DNA of 64,000 bases from Octopus vulgaris (GCA_951406725.2 OX597820.1:108748001-108812000), one strand, 5' to 3'. Counted from the first letter of the stretch, positions 37,090-50,997 are shown. The notes: generated by a model from the letters alone, not told the origin. Translations and numbers: made by a program.

Positions 37090-37930
37090 TTTTGCCTAGT
37101 CAAAAAGTTAAGACCATAAAAAGTTTAAAAAAAAGGAAAATAATGAATAAGGGGCTCAATAGTTAATAGTGCCACCATTCCTGTGAATAACTCCAAAAAT
37201 TCGCTGTGGTATACTTTATTTCTTTACTGCTCACAAGGGGCTACAAACAAGGACAGACAACTGGATTAAGTTGATAATATCGATCCCAGTGTGTAACTGG
37301 TACTTATTTAATCGACCCCGAAAGGATGAAAGGCAAAGTTGACCTCGGCAGAATTTGAACTCAGAATGTAGCAGCAGACGAAAAACCGCTAAGCATTTCG
37401 TCCGGCGAGCTACTGTTTCTGCCAGCTCGCCACCTTTCGCTGTGGTATACTCGACAAGCATTTTCAGGAGGTTGTCCAGAATGTTAGACATGAGGTGAAG
37501 ACTGCCTGACAAAGAGTATCCACAATCTCAAATTGCATTCCATTTATGTAAATGTTGCTTGCCCTAAGATTTTTGATCAGGTTTAGGTCAGGAGAACATG
37601 GAGGATGATTCAAAAGATGAATGTTATTTGTTCTGAAGAAATTCTTCGGCCTGTGAGCATTATGAATTGTAACATTATCCTGTTGATAAATCCAGTCTTG
37701 TCCACACAAATGAAGGCCTTCAGTCAAGTGTGATGCCCGCTCCAACATGCCAACGTAGCCAGCTGCACAACCTGAATTTCGATAGTTCCTCTGCATGAGA
37801 AAGCACCCCACACCATGATAGAGCCTCCACTACTGTGCTTGATTGAAAAAGTCTCCACTGGAATATCTTTTGCATGCCAATATCATTGGAAACCATCAGG
37901 ACTATCAAGGTTGAATTTCTTCTCATCTGA
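37090..37930 (-). mobile_element. Tc1-family (DD34E) transposase remnant interrupted by a SINE
   Basis: SDEKKFNLDSPDGFQ, WIYQQDNVTIH and HPPCSPDLNLI motifs on the - strand. Confidence 0.8.
37216..37435 (-). mobile_element. tRNA-derived SINE with 16-bp target-site duplication
   Basis: TSD TTCGCTGTGGTATACT at 37200-37215 and 37436-37451. Head GGTGGCGAGCTGGCAGAAAC, B box GAGTTCAAATTC, core GCCTTTCATCCTTTCGGGGTCGATTAAATAAGTACCAG. Confidence 0.9.
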
Positions 37931-37934
37931 GAAT

Positions 37935-38250
37935 CATTTGGTTCTTAGTTGCACCTATGTATCATTTCGTCTAGTTGTCAGTGCAGACGTCATTTGTCTA
38001 CATCTACGTCATTTGTCTTGCATCTATTTGAGAAATGGCACTTTGTTCTATCCCTACTAGCGCATAAATAATTAGCTGTATCTAGATCCATGTTGTATTG
38101 TGGGGACCAATTATTATTCAGGTCTGTACCTAAATTAGCAGGAGGCGTTGCGTTAGTGTGGAGCTTGGTCCTATTAGTTGGTTGGTTATTACTTTTATTT
38201 TTCACTATGTTTCTAGTTTCATAGAATTTGTCAAGTTTTTTATTATTCAT
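37935..38250 (-). mobile_element. Penelope-like element linker fragment
   Basis: MNNKKLDKFYETRN resembles INNKKLDYFYLNRKN in the PLE at 45506..45814. Confidence 0.45.
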
Positions 38251-38799
38251 ATATATATATAATCTATGTTTTATATCTGTATATATATAAAAGCAAGATG
38301 TGTGTGTGTACATGAATGTAATTTATGCACGTCCACAAATTAGCACACATGTCACTCCAATTTTAGGACATTCGTCACAACCCTAGCTGTATTTTTGTCA
38401 TTATTTTCCCCCGATGCACCAGCAAATAGCGGTAAAAATAAATTTTCGACCATAACTTAACAAATTTTCACGGCAGAGAAATCCACCATTGTTTTACAAA
38501 CATGAGTTAACTCCCCTTCTAGCAACAGTGTAAAGAGAGGGAGGGAAAGGGAGAGAGAGAAATAACAGATTTTAAAAATTTTTGTCTTTTTACTGAGTGA
38601 TTGACAGGCAAAAACAGACAGACAGGTGTTGTTATGTATGTACAGTGGGGGGAAATAAATATTCGTACATGTCAAAATTCTTTATTTATTTAATTTCTAA
38701 TGAACATAAATGGGATATACCAATACTATATTTGCATACACATGCATAAACTAAGAATATGCAAAAGAAACGAATAAATTATAGTAACTAATGAATTAG

Positions 38800-39186
38800 T
38801 TACCTAACTCTGACCCTTCTCTCACTGCCTCACTGTCTCTCTCTTCGATTTACCACTGCTGTTTCATTAAATTGTTTCCCAAAATCCCAAAAGTAGTTTT
38901 CAATTCTATCTCACAATTTCGGCATTTGCTGTTTTGCTGTTACACAAAATCCCAAAGAATATTCTTCTTCCTCATATTGTATTTACTGCCTGACCACCTA
39001 ACTCTGACCCTTCTCTCTCTGCCTCACTGTATCTCTCTTTGATTTACCACTGCTGTTTCGTTAAATTACGTTTCCCGAAATCTCAAAATGTTTTTCAATT
39101 CTATCTCACGATTTCGGCATTTGCTGTTTCATTAATTTTTGTTACAGAGAATCCCTAAGAATATTCTTCTTCTTCCTCGTGTTGTC

Positions 39187-39255
<69 letters not shown>

Positions 39256-42200
39256 TACCACCTAATACACCAACAGCCCCCCACACCACCCCACCCTAAC
39301 TCTATATAAACTAGCGTATGCTCTGTTTTTTCCCCTAATCGATTTTCATTTCCTCTCCTGATAAAATTTGGATTTCAGAAGATGACCAGTTAAGGAAAAA
39401 TTTTGACTTTACAACCTTCGTTCATGTACTCCTGTTAATGCGTAGATCATAAACCCCCCCCCCCCCCATTCGTTCTCTATTGTCTATCTATTTCTCTATC
39501 ATGTAAACATAGTTCCGATAGCTTTGCCTTCCTTGTTGTCTAAAGATCATGCATTTCTGTTAATCGTTATATTTTATTTTTATTTTAATCAAGGTTATCA
39601 TTTTGTTATATCATTCTCTCTAAATTTGTTTAACCATAGCTTACAAGTGCTGTTTCACGGTACAACCGCCCTCCCACCCTCTCCACGTTAACTGGAAGTT
39701 CCTAACCTATATCTTCCTTGTGTACCTCCCGCAAACACTTCTAAGGGCCAAGTGCTGCCCACACCCCTACGTAGGTTTTATTTGATCATATAGCGCAAAA
39801 AAACAGTGTAGTGTATGTAGATTGTAGTCTAGTGTTTCTTTATGAATTCTGCCAAACGCAAGCTTTCTTTTCAGGTACATGACACTGCTGTCCCCCGTCC
39901 CAGGGTCTCACTGGCCCACACCTCCCACACCCTCAGAGTTGGCACACTCAATGTCGGCACACTGAAAGGTAGGTCTGGTGAGATTGTTGAGATGCTTGAA
40001 ATGGAGACGTGTAGATTTGTGCTGCATCCAAGAAGTAAGGTGGAGAGGAGGTTCCGCTAGGTTCCTCACGGGCAAAGAACACAGTACAAGATTTTCTGGG
40101 CAGGGAACACTGACAGGGTCGGGGGCGTGGGTATACTTCTTGCGGAGAAATGGGTTGATAAAGTAATCGAGGTTGTCAGAGTATGTGGCAGAGTACTTAA
40201 GATTAGATTAGTGCTTCACCATAGGTCAGCTACCATTATCTCGGCCTATGCCCATCAACCGGGGCTACCGGAAGGGCAGGAAGACCGATGCTATGACACC
40301 CTATTGCAGACTACCTCGTTGACAAATGACAGGGACCTTCTCTTTGTGGCTGGTGACTTCAATGGGCATGTTGCTCAGCATGTCAGGGGCTTCCATGGCA
40401 TACATGGAGGCTACGGTTTTGGTTCTCGCAATGAGGAGGGAACCAGGCTGCTGGAGTTCTGCAATGCAAATGATCTTATGATTTGCAATACCAACTTCAG
40501 GAAACCCACCTCTCACCTAGTCACCTACCGTTCTGGCAGACACACTAGCCAAATTGACTACATCCTCGCCAGAAAAAGGGAAGGAGGGCTGCTTATAAAT
40601 GCCAAACCTTCCCAGGCGAAGAATGTACCCCTCAACATAGATTAGTAGTTAGCGACTTCGGGATCAGGGCTAAATGGATGCCCAGAAGAAGACCAGCTTG
40701 GAGGAGAAGGGTCTGGAAGCTTAAAGATCCTGCAAATGGACAGAGATTTAGAGACGTATTACTCGAACCCTTTGATGAAATAGAAGGGCATATAGAATCA
40801 CATAATGTGGAAGACAACTAGAGGTTTCCACAGGACAACCTGCTGAGAGTCACTGACCAGATCTGTGGATGGTGCAAAGTCCCATCTCGACCCAAGGTAA
40901 CGTGGTGGTGGACTATGTGGTTGACAGGGCTATTAGACAAAAGAAGCAGGCTTGGAGGAACTGGAAGAACAGGGGTAGCAGGGAATTGTATCAGACTGCC
41001 AGAAGGGAAGCTAGGAGACAGGTTTATTTAGCCAGAGGGGAAGCAGATAAGAAAAACTTTGCGAATGTTCTGCGCCGTGAGGACCAACGACCTGAAGTAT
41101 TTCGTGTTGCAAGACAGTGTGCGAGAGAGAATCGTGATGTGGTAGGAGAGAAATGTGCCCATATGGGTGATGGATCACTTGTACTAAATGAGGCTGCAAG
41201 GAGAGAGGTTTGGAGATGCCACTATGAAAGGTTGCTAAATAAAGAGAATGAATGGTAGAAAAGGAGTCTACAAATGTCATCCCAACAGAGGGACCAGCTA
41301 TCCGAATTAACAGTACCTTGGTAGTTAAAGCAATCAGGAGTATGAAGGCAGGGAAAGCCCCTGGCCCATCAGGAATCACTACAGAGATGCTCAAAATATC
41401 TAGCCATGTCGGCTATAGTCTAGTCACCCATATAGTTAACCAGGTGATACACAAAGGAGTCATACCCAATGACTGGTGTAGCAGCGCCATGGTCAACTGC
41501 TACAAAGGTAAAGGTGATGCGTTAGATACAAATAATTACAGAGGTATCAAGTTGCTGAATGAAGTAATGAAGGTCATGGAGAGGGTCATAGCCCAACTAA
41601 TTAGAGAGAGAGTCAGTTTAGATGAGATGCAGTTTGGGTTCGTGCCAGGGAAAAGCACCACTGATGCTATATTTCTGGTAAGACAGCTGCAGGAGAAATA
41701 CCTAGCCAAAGATAAACCTCTGTACCTGGCTTTCGTTGACATGGAGAAAGCCTTTGACAGGGTCCCCCAATCCCTTATCTGGTGGTCAATGCGGAAACTA
41801 GGGATAGATGAATGGTTAGTGAGAGCTGTGCGAGCCATGTACAGGGACGCTGTTAGTAAGGTGAGGGTTAGCAACGAGTACAGTGAAGAATTCCAGGTAC
41901 AGGTAGGGGTCCACCAAGGTTCAGTCCTCAGCCCCCTCCTATTTATCATAGTTCTCCAGGCAATAACGGAGGAATTCAAGATAGGATTCCCCTGGGAGCT
42001 CCTCTTTGCTGATGACCTTGCTCTAATTTTCACTATCAGAACTGGAGGAGAAGTTTCAGGTGTGGAAGCAAGGATTACAATCGAAGGGCCTTAGAGTCAA
42101 CCTAGCTAAAACCAAAGTCCTAATAAGTAGGAAGGTAGACAAATCACAAACGCCTTCAGGTAGATGGCCCTGCTCAATCTGTAGAAAAGGCGTACGTAGA

Positions 42201-43322
42201 AACTCTATAAGATGTACCAAGTGTAAGCTATGGACACATAAGAGGTGCAGCAATATCAAAGGAAGGCTAACTAGGAAGATAGTTTTTGTATGTGGCAGAT
42301 GCTCAGGAGCAATAAACACTGAAAATGTGCAGAGAACAACTTCTGCCACATTCCAGGGAGAAAAACTAGAAGTAGTTAATACCTTCCATTACCTAGGTGA
42401 CCAAGTCAGTAGCGGGGGAGGGTGTGCTGAAAGTGTAACTGCTAGAGTAAGAATAGCCTGGGCAAAGTTCAGAGAGCTCTTACCTCTGCTGTTGACTAAA
42501 GGCCTCTCGCTCAGAGTAAAAGGCAGACTGTATGATGCATGTGTACGTACAGCCATGCTACATGGCAGTGAAACATTGGCTGTGACTGCATAGGATATGC
42601 GTAAGCTCGCAAGAAATGAAGTCAGTATGCTCCGATGGATGTGTAATGTCAGTGTTCATACTCGACAGAGTGTAAGTACCTTGAGAGAAAAGTTGGACCT
42701 AAGAAGCATCAGTTGTAGTGTGCAATAGAGACGATTGTGCTGGTATGGTCATGTGGCGAGAATGGATGAAGATAGTTGTGTGAAAAAATGCCACACCCTA
42801 GCGGTTGAGGGAACCTGTGGAAGAGGTAGACCCAGGAAAACCTGGGATGAGGTGGTGAAGCACGACCTTCGAACATTGGGTCTCGCCAAGGCAATGACTA
42901 GTGACCGAGACCTTTTGGAAGTATGCTGTGCTTGAGAAGACCCGGCAGGACAAGTGAGACCATAACCCATGGCCTCTACCTGGGATGTTGCCAGTCCACT
43001 TATACATACCTTTCCTTCTTGGGACACAAAACTCTGCTTGTGAAGACCTGTTGAGGCAAGTGAAGTTGAAATCGATCAAATATCAATGGATATTGTAGTT
43101 GTGATACCAGGGCCGGTGGCATGTAAAAGAACCATCCGAACCTGGCCATTGCCAATGCCACCTTGACTGGCCTCCGTGCCAGTGGCACGTAAAAAGCACC
43201 CACTGCACTCACGGCGTGTTTGACGTTAGGAAGGGCATCCAGCTGTAGAAACACTGCCAGATCAGACTGGGCCTGGTGCAGCTTCCTGGATTCCCAGACC
43301 CAAGTCGAACCGTCCAACCCAT
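38800..43322 (+). mobile_element. RTE LINE, near full length (repeat-rich 5' region, APE, RT, PHD-like finger), frameshifted
   Basis: ORFs 39842-42950 carry APE motifs, RT motifs (VDMEKAFDRV, GVHQGSVLSPLLF, LFADDL), a C4HC3 cluster and the RTE 3' UTR; closely related to 29630-33560. Confidence 0.95.
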
Positions 43323-43559
43323 TCAGCCTATGGTCAAAAGTCAATCCAACTTATATTGCCTATATATGTCAGTGTATTATGGTTTTAGGCATTAAAAATT
43401 ATACTTATATGTTAAAAGAACCATAGGCCTTCTCAGAGGATATAATTAACTTGAAAAGTATAATAATAATATTGATATACAAAACATGCTGTACTTATTA
43501 TCCAATATATACAAATAAATAATAAAACAAATATCCAAAATACATACATATACATATAC

Positions 43560-43608
<49 letters not shown>

Positions 43609-46600
43609 AATATATATATACATATAAAAAAAACATACATACATATATATATATACATAAGCAAATCGTACATACTATTCACATGCGCAAAATTCATTGA
43701 ACATCATTGAACAATATATTACATTACATTGGGTATATCATGCGTCATATAGTAAAGTAAATACAATCTAATGTATATAGACTACCACGTTTAACAGTAC
43801 CAACAGTATTATTGCTTTAACGATAATCCTCAACAGATCATACATACTATATTCATGTTTACTAACATAACAAAAATTCACGATACAAGGTTCGAAATAT
43901 AAATATTCACACATACACATATACATATATATATGTGCACAAACAAAATATTTGCGGGTGAGTGTATTAATCAGACAAACGTAATCTAGATATTACTTAA
44001 CGCATCCACGTAACACAAACAAATTCAATTTTAGAATCCAAAATAGTAAATCCAAACTATATGTCTAAGCTGGGTTAGGTCCACAATGTCTTTGTCTCTG
44101 TTATATGCATATTGAATTTATCTAGATATTATTTAATACATCCACGTTATGCAAACAAATCCAACTATAGAATCCAGAAAATAAATCTAAACTTTATGTC
44201 TAATCTGAGCTTAATTCGCAATGTTTACATTTACGTTATATGCATATTAAAATTAATACATCCACGTATTCTAACAAATTCAATTTTAAAAACCAAAGTA
44301 GCAACTTTAAACTCCATGTCAAAGCTGAATTTAGTCCAAAAGTTTATGCTTATGTTTATGCATATTAAATATTTAAAAATATTTAAAATTATATTGGGGG
44401 TCAGGGAGCAGTCATTTAAATCATTGGCTATTTAACTTACATACATACAAACCAGTACAAACATCACATACACAAAAGTGTACTGAAGTCTATACATAAT
44501 ATCTAATATACAAGAAAGATAACATAAAATAATACTTAAAACTACCACATGCATGCACACAAATAAACCTACATATACATATGCATCTACATATATACAA
44601 ATCCAATAGTAACCTCAATCTGTTTAGTACATTGACTCATACTTTGTGCATAACTATATACTAAAAAACAAAAGTAAATACATATCAATATACACAAATA
44701 TAAAGATATATTTACAAACAAGTACCAGTATATAAAAAAAGTACAAATATGTACACACAAATAAACACTTATATCAAAATATATAAATATATAAACACAT
44801 TTATACACTTATACATAGATATACAAAAATCATATGCCTATAACCCATTACAATTTTGTACTCCTAAATATAATAAAGTAAAAAAGATCATAACAACTAT
44901 TTGCATCTATTTCAAAGGGTATTTTGTACTAAGTATTATTTGTATCTAGAGAAGGTATACCCCAGTCTATGAAGACATGAAACATTACGTTCCTTAAGAT
45001 TGTTAATAATCGGTAAATTAGCCCTAATTATAAAGAAAATCTCATTAATGCATAATGAGCATTTTCTGTTCCTATTATTATATGCTGGTGCAGATATAAG
45101 TATTTTCCATTGCAAATTATAATTGATTTTTTTTCGTCCTTAAGCTCCCATATATATGCACTTAACCCTGTAGAATTACTCCTATTCCTATTTTTAAAAG
45201 TATATCTGTGATAATTAAGTCTCTGTTTCAAATTATTCTTAGTAGCCCCAATATATACTCTATTATCATATTGTGTACCTACTATGCATTGGTATGCTAC
45301 CTCTTTTTTCATGCAGTCATTATTGAACACACAATTTTCCTTAATTCTACAATTGCACCTATTATCTTGTTGTAATTGCTTTACTTTATTATTAATTGCA
45401 GCTGTATTCTTATCAATATTATTATTATTAATATTATTATCATTATTACTTATTAATACCATATCCATTGGCGTATTATTATTGATAATATTGCTCTTAT
45501 TTATGTTATATTTTATTATTATTATTACCTATAGTGTTATTATTACTAATTCCATTAATATTATCCATGCTATTATTACTCGTTATAGTATTACTATTAC
45601 TATGGTTTCGATTACTATTACTAGTATTGTTATAATTATTAAATCTTAAGTGATAGTGAGTCACATTAGTGTTACCTAAATTATTTTTTCTATTTAGATA
45701 GAAATAATCAAGTTTTTTATTATTAATTGAGGTGGCAAGATTATGAGTAAGGCTGTATCCTATTCTAATAGTTTTATTATTAATTGTCACAATATTTGTT
45801 CTTTCCTTTTCCAAAATGCTTGTTTATTAAATTGAAAATATTTCCAACTATGTTAGTTTTAATTTGCATAGCATATGGAATTATTAACCACAGTGTATCA
45901 GTAATGTTATATTGATTACACAGCTTACCTATATTATTTATAAATACCCTATTCCTATTATTTCTTCTGTACTTTCTATAATCAGTATAATTTATATTAT
46001 TAAAATTATGACTAAATGCTTTAATCGTAGTTATTATTGTTATAATAGTTCATATTAACTTTACTATTTCCATAATTATTATTATTAATATTATAATTAT
46101 TAATATTTAATATATGATCTTTAAACTTGTTTATACCATTATTAGTATTATTTCTATTCATATTAATATTTTATTTGCGGTTATTCTTTTTATTTGGATT
46201 GTCGTTATGCTTGTCTAACCAATGTTTATTAGTAGTTGTTAACTTATTCATATGATTGAGGCTGTTATTAGGGATATATTTTATTTTACCATTATATCCT
46301 GCCCTATGCAATGCGGAGTTATACTTTTCACTATGTCTATTAAATATCTCTTCATTCGAGGAAAGGTTAGAAATTCTTTTACTAATGCTAAGTAGTAGTG
46401 CCTTTTTAATTTGTGGAGAGTGATTACTAGAGTTATTTATATATCTTAGATTAGAATTTTGTTTCACATAAGGTTCATGGAGTTCAGTATTGAGGTTACA
46501 ATTAACATCGCGATAATTAATAGAATAGTTCTCGTTTTCAATAGTAATAGATAGGCCGAAACTCTTCAAAAATTTATGCAATCGTTTCTTAAGTATTTCC

Positions 46601-47150
46601 AGTCTTTTGTTAGATAGATTCTTAACTAAAAATAAAGTGTCGTCTCTATAGAGGCCGCCATTCAATTCAGGGAATTCTCTACTTAAATTATCTAATAAAC
46701 AAATCCCTACTAAATCAGTCATTTCCACTGATTCCAGCGAACCCATTGTAATGTCAAATAAGTTAGGCGTATCCTTCCTAGTCCATAATTTATTATCGAA
46801 TTCTATAACTGTTTTTCTTGCCGTCAAAATTACCTTAATTTCTTTCATGCTAATGTTAGTGTATTTTCTAGCAAAAATTAAAGCTGTGTATATTATTGGG
46901 TTAATTGATGAGTAATAATTTTGGATATCAAATTGGATAAATTTATGGTTACTACCGTTATCAACCTTAATACTGGAAAACCATTCCAATGCACCCTGTG
47001 TATTCTTCCATAAATTAAGCTTAATTTTATTTCTAATAATGGGTAAATATTTATCTAGGATTAATTTACTTAATTTTCCTAAGTCCGATTTATTTGGACA
47101 GATTAATCTAACTTGTGTATTATTAGGGAAATTATTTTTATGGTCTTTAA

Positions 47151-49741
47151 CCCTTTAGTGTTCAAACCGGCCAGAATTAATTCCCCTTTATTTGTTCAAA
47201 CCGGCCAAATCCAGCCGTACCGACCGCTCTACGAAATCGCTAAAAAAATAAACAAATCACGTTATTAAATTCTCGTAGTTTTGAGATAATGCAAGATGAA
47301 GCCTTTATTCTAGTATAAATACTGTGAAATTGTTTAGACCACATGGTTATTTCCACATTTGAAGAGAACTGTACACTGTTGTGAAAGAAATGGCGTCAGC
47401 AAGTAGCGATTCCGACTTTGAAGGCTTTACTATTGATGATATTGAAAATATCAACGAAAACAAAAGTATTTTGACTTCGGATGAATCTGATATTGATATC
47501 AGTGATTACTTGTCGGACGAAGAAGATTTCGATAACGAAAGTGAAGAAAATGAAAGTGATGAAAACGATAGTGTACACCAGCCAACATGGTCGAAAATTA
47601 CGACACCAGTCACAATTTCTGATTTTACAGAAAACACTGGTCCACAACACAATTTACCTCCTGATGCTCAACCACTGGACTATCTGTTTTTATTTTTGCC
47701 TGAAAGTTTTTTTGAAAATGTTGCAGAGCAAACAAACAAATATGTGCAACATTTAATTTCTGTTCGAGGAAGAAACGATCCGCTATGGCAGCCAACTAAT
47801 ACTGCGGAAATGAGAGCATTTTTTACAATTAACATTATGTTTGGAGTTAAACAGCTTCCTCGACTGTGGAACTATTGGAGTCCCGATGTAAGGTTTGGCG
47901 ACCCATATATTTCGAGCATCATGTCGAAGACGAGGTATTCGAAAATATCTCAGTATTTACATTTAACTGATTCTTCCAATGCCCCCAACAAAAACGACCC
48001 AAACTACGATCCCCTGTACGAAGTACGTCCCGTGATAGATTTACTTGTAAATAATTATAAAATTGTTTATTTACCTGGGAAAAATCTCAGTGTAGATGAA
48101 GCCATGATAGGATTTAAGGGCAGAGTACATTTTCGGCAGTACATGCCTGCCAAACCTACTAAATGGGGGATCAAGGTATGGGAAGCTTGTGAATCGGAGA
48201 TGGAATACTGTGTAAACTTCCATGTTTACTCAGGTAAGAAGTATAATGGGAAAAGACCGCATGGATTGGGACATGATGTTGTATGGTCCCTTACACAACC
48301 TTTTCACCATCAGCACCGACACCTCTATTTCGATCGTTTTTTTCTTCAGTGGCTTTGGCTGAAAATCTTGCCCATGTAAGCACTTACATGTGCAGTACTG
48401 TTATGGGAAATCGTAAAGGTTTACCCCATGAAATAAAAACAAAATTAAACAAAAGAGGGGACATTTTGCAAATGCAAAAACAAAATTTATTAGTTACTGC
48501 ATTTAAAGACAAAAGACAGATTTTAATTCTGTCTTCTAATGAACAACCTGGTGTTGGGGCTGAGGGGAAACCCCTTGTGAATATTTGTTACAACAAATAT
48601 ATGGGTGGGGTAGACAAATCCGACCAATATCAGGCATATTACCCAGTTGGTCGACCTGGGAAGAAATGGTGGAGGTACATTTTGTGGTTTTTAGTTAATT
48701 TAACTATAGTAAATGCACACATTGTATATGTAAAAAGCCACAAAGTACCTCCGCCACCGAAAGACTACGACCACTTGAAATTTCGGGTTGACATCGCATC
48801 TCAGTTACATGAGGGCTTTTCTTCTAGAAAGCACAGAACTGGGAGAAAAGCAAAATTAACTGAGGTGGATGTCAACAGAGAAAATATTGACTTTCATCAA
48901 GTGGAAAAAATAAATGGAACGAAAAAAGTTTGCAGACTGTGTTCGCAGCAAAAAAGAAAAACTGCGAAAGGGTACCAGATCGAGGCTTCATACATGTGTT
49001 CATTTTGCCAAGTGCCCTTGTGTAAAGGGTGCTTTGGACAATTTCACGACAGAAATATGCCATAAATGTATAATTTTGCATATTCCTTTTAATTTTATAA
49101 TATAATATGTAAAAGTGAGAACTACATATTAATTTTCAGTATGTTACACACCTGTATTCACCTTTGTCTCACCTGTTAATGAAATTTTTTTATTAGATGC
49201 ATTCTGTTACGTGAATGAATTCATTAAATTGTATAAGAGTGCATAGCCAATGGTATATTGACTAGTAAAAGAGTTTTGAACTTTCTTTTCAATGATGACG
49301 TTTGAGTGAAATATAGAAAAAGAGTAAAATCTTGTACCGATTACACCTGTATTTTAATCAATTCAAATTAATGTACCTCATCTTGAAAAATGTAAAATTG
49401 TTGGCCGTTGACATCTGGGATAATTTTAGCAGCAAACCAAACAGGTAAGATGTATTAAGAATATGAATTTTAGTGTTTATTCATAATGTTATTGTTTTTA
49501 CACCTGTTAATTGAATTTACCTGCCCATAAAAGTCAAATTTAGTCAGAAAGATCAGCTAAAATTACATAATTATAAACCACTGGCATATAAGCACCCATT
49601 TACAAAGTTTCAAATCAGTATGTAGAAAATGAACAAAGTTACAAGCAAATATTGTGGACACCCCACTTGAACCTGAATAAATCAAAATTAATGCGAACTG
49701 ACAAGCATTACATTTGACAAATTAATCTGAACACTAAAGGG
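47151..49741 (+). mobile_element. piggyBac DNA transposon, full length (2591 bp)
   Basis: TTAA TSDs at 47147-50 and 49742-45; perfect 14-bp TIRs CCCTTTAGTGTTCA / TGAACACTAAAGGG. The flanks rejoin into a continuous PLE reading frame. Confidence 0.97.
47390..49065 (+). CDS. piggyBac transposase (PGBD4-like, ~558 aa) with a single -1 frameshift in a T7 run at 48337-48343
   Basis: SVDEAMI, YFDRFF and MGGVDKSDQ form the catalytic DDD; C-terminal CRLC..CSFC..LC..C..FH cysteine-rich domain. ORFs 47381..48379 and 48283..49065 join if one T is added. Confidence 0.9.
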
Positions 49742-50154
49742 TTAATCGTTATTCATGGTCTAATTGGAGAAAAAGGTTCAATTTTATCTTCTAGATAATA
49801 ATCAAACATAATATTTTTAGCTTCCAAATTCAATTTTCTAAGTGCATCAAAAGGTACAACCCTATATTTTTTTGTAATTTCCTTAAGTAATAACTCATGG
49901 TAAGTTTGAGTGTCAATATTGTATATATTACTAGTTTTATCGGAATGAGTTAAGATACCATCCTTACTCTTACGAGTTCTTATAATTTCCTTCAATTTCC
50001 TTTGGTATGGGTTATTCCTCAGTGGGTGGTTCTTGAATTTAATACTCCTAATGATATTCTATAAGTCCTGCTCGAAGTTATCCAAGTATTTATTTGGTGG
50101 TCATGATTTTCTTGATGTAAAAGTATTGCTAGTGAGTTCAATTATATTACTTCA

Positions 50155-50997
50155 CTAGCAGAATTGCCCGGCGTTGCTCGGGGCTGAATTGCTTGAAAGT
50201 ACTGTTAATGATTGCACTGAATTAGGATAATTATTCAGGCAAATATTGAAATAAGCTTACGGTGGGAGATAAGGACTTAACGCCAAACGTGTGCCATTGC
50301 ATTGTTTTGGGGGAACCAAATTTCTGATGAGCATTATAGGGGCACTAACTTTAAGTTTGAGAAAGTGTGGTGGTAGTCCGGGGTGCTCAAAGGAATTGAG
50401 TACCTCTATTGGATAGTTGATGACGTCCTCTGGGTCAGGAGTTGTATCGATAGACTGATATACATCGACTTCCCCAGGAATGAGTTTTAGCATTTCATCA
50501 TTAATATGGTGAACAGTTTTATTCCTCGGGGCCAGTATAGCCTTTTTGCCAATCCAATCCATATTCTGATAATTAGCTTGTAAATCTGGGAACACTGCAT
50601 CTCTGAGATCAGAAGGCGTCTTAACAATGGTACAAATGGAATCGATGGCAATATTACCATTTTCATCCCCTGGTATTTTGCCTTCGCCAAGTGCAAGGAG
50701 AGTGTGAGGAAATGCTGGTGATGTGATATTACGTCGCATATGAGCACGCATATTGGTGTGAAGTTTGAGAGTTACTTCCGTTTATTTTTAAAAATATGCA
50801 TTAAAATGGAAAAAAATGATGGTAAATTATTTGTAAAATCATAGACTCATCGTAGACGCGCGCTAATACCCAGAAGGGCTCGATATGAATCACGACTATA
50901 AGATACCCGGTTTTGGTTAAACTGCATCGCAAAATGTGGGAGTAGTTAGGAATCTAAATCGGAGTAGACAGACACACAACCTTTCTTTTATATATAA

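Larger units (their letters stand above)
43322..50154 (-). mobile_element. Penelope-like element (RT, Asn-rich linker, GIY-YIG), decayed, interrupted by piggyBac and a Helitron
   Basis: SDKTSNIY, ITIKDHK..VRLICPNKSDLGK across the TTAA site, FIQFDIQNYYSSI, FDITMGS, GLYRDD, CNCRIKENC..AYQC..VYIGATKNNLKQRLNYH. Confidence 0.88.

Noticed and set aside
49745-49760. In-frame TGA in the PLE RT as selenocysteine (as reported for some Naiad PLEs)
   Set aside because: It is not at a Cys-equivalent position, the element has other stops and frameshifts, the GIY-YIG-region cysteines are ordinary codons and no SECIS was recognised.
50257-50751. Host PIF1 helicase gene
   Set aside because: It is an intronless partial domain inside TC...CTAG Helitron termini, present in three near-identical copies.
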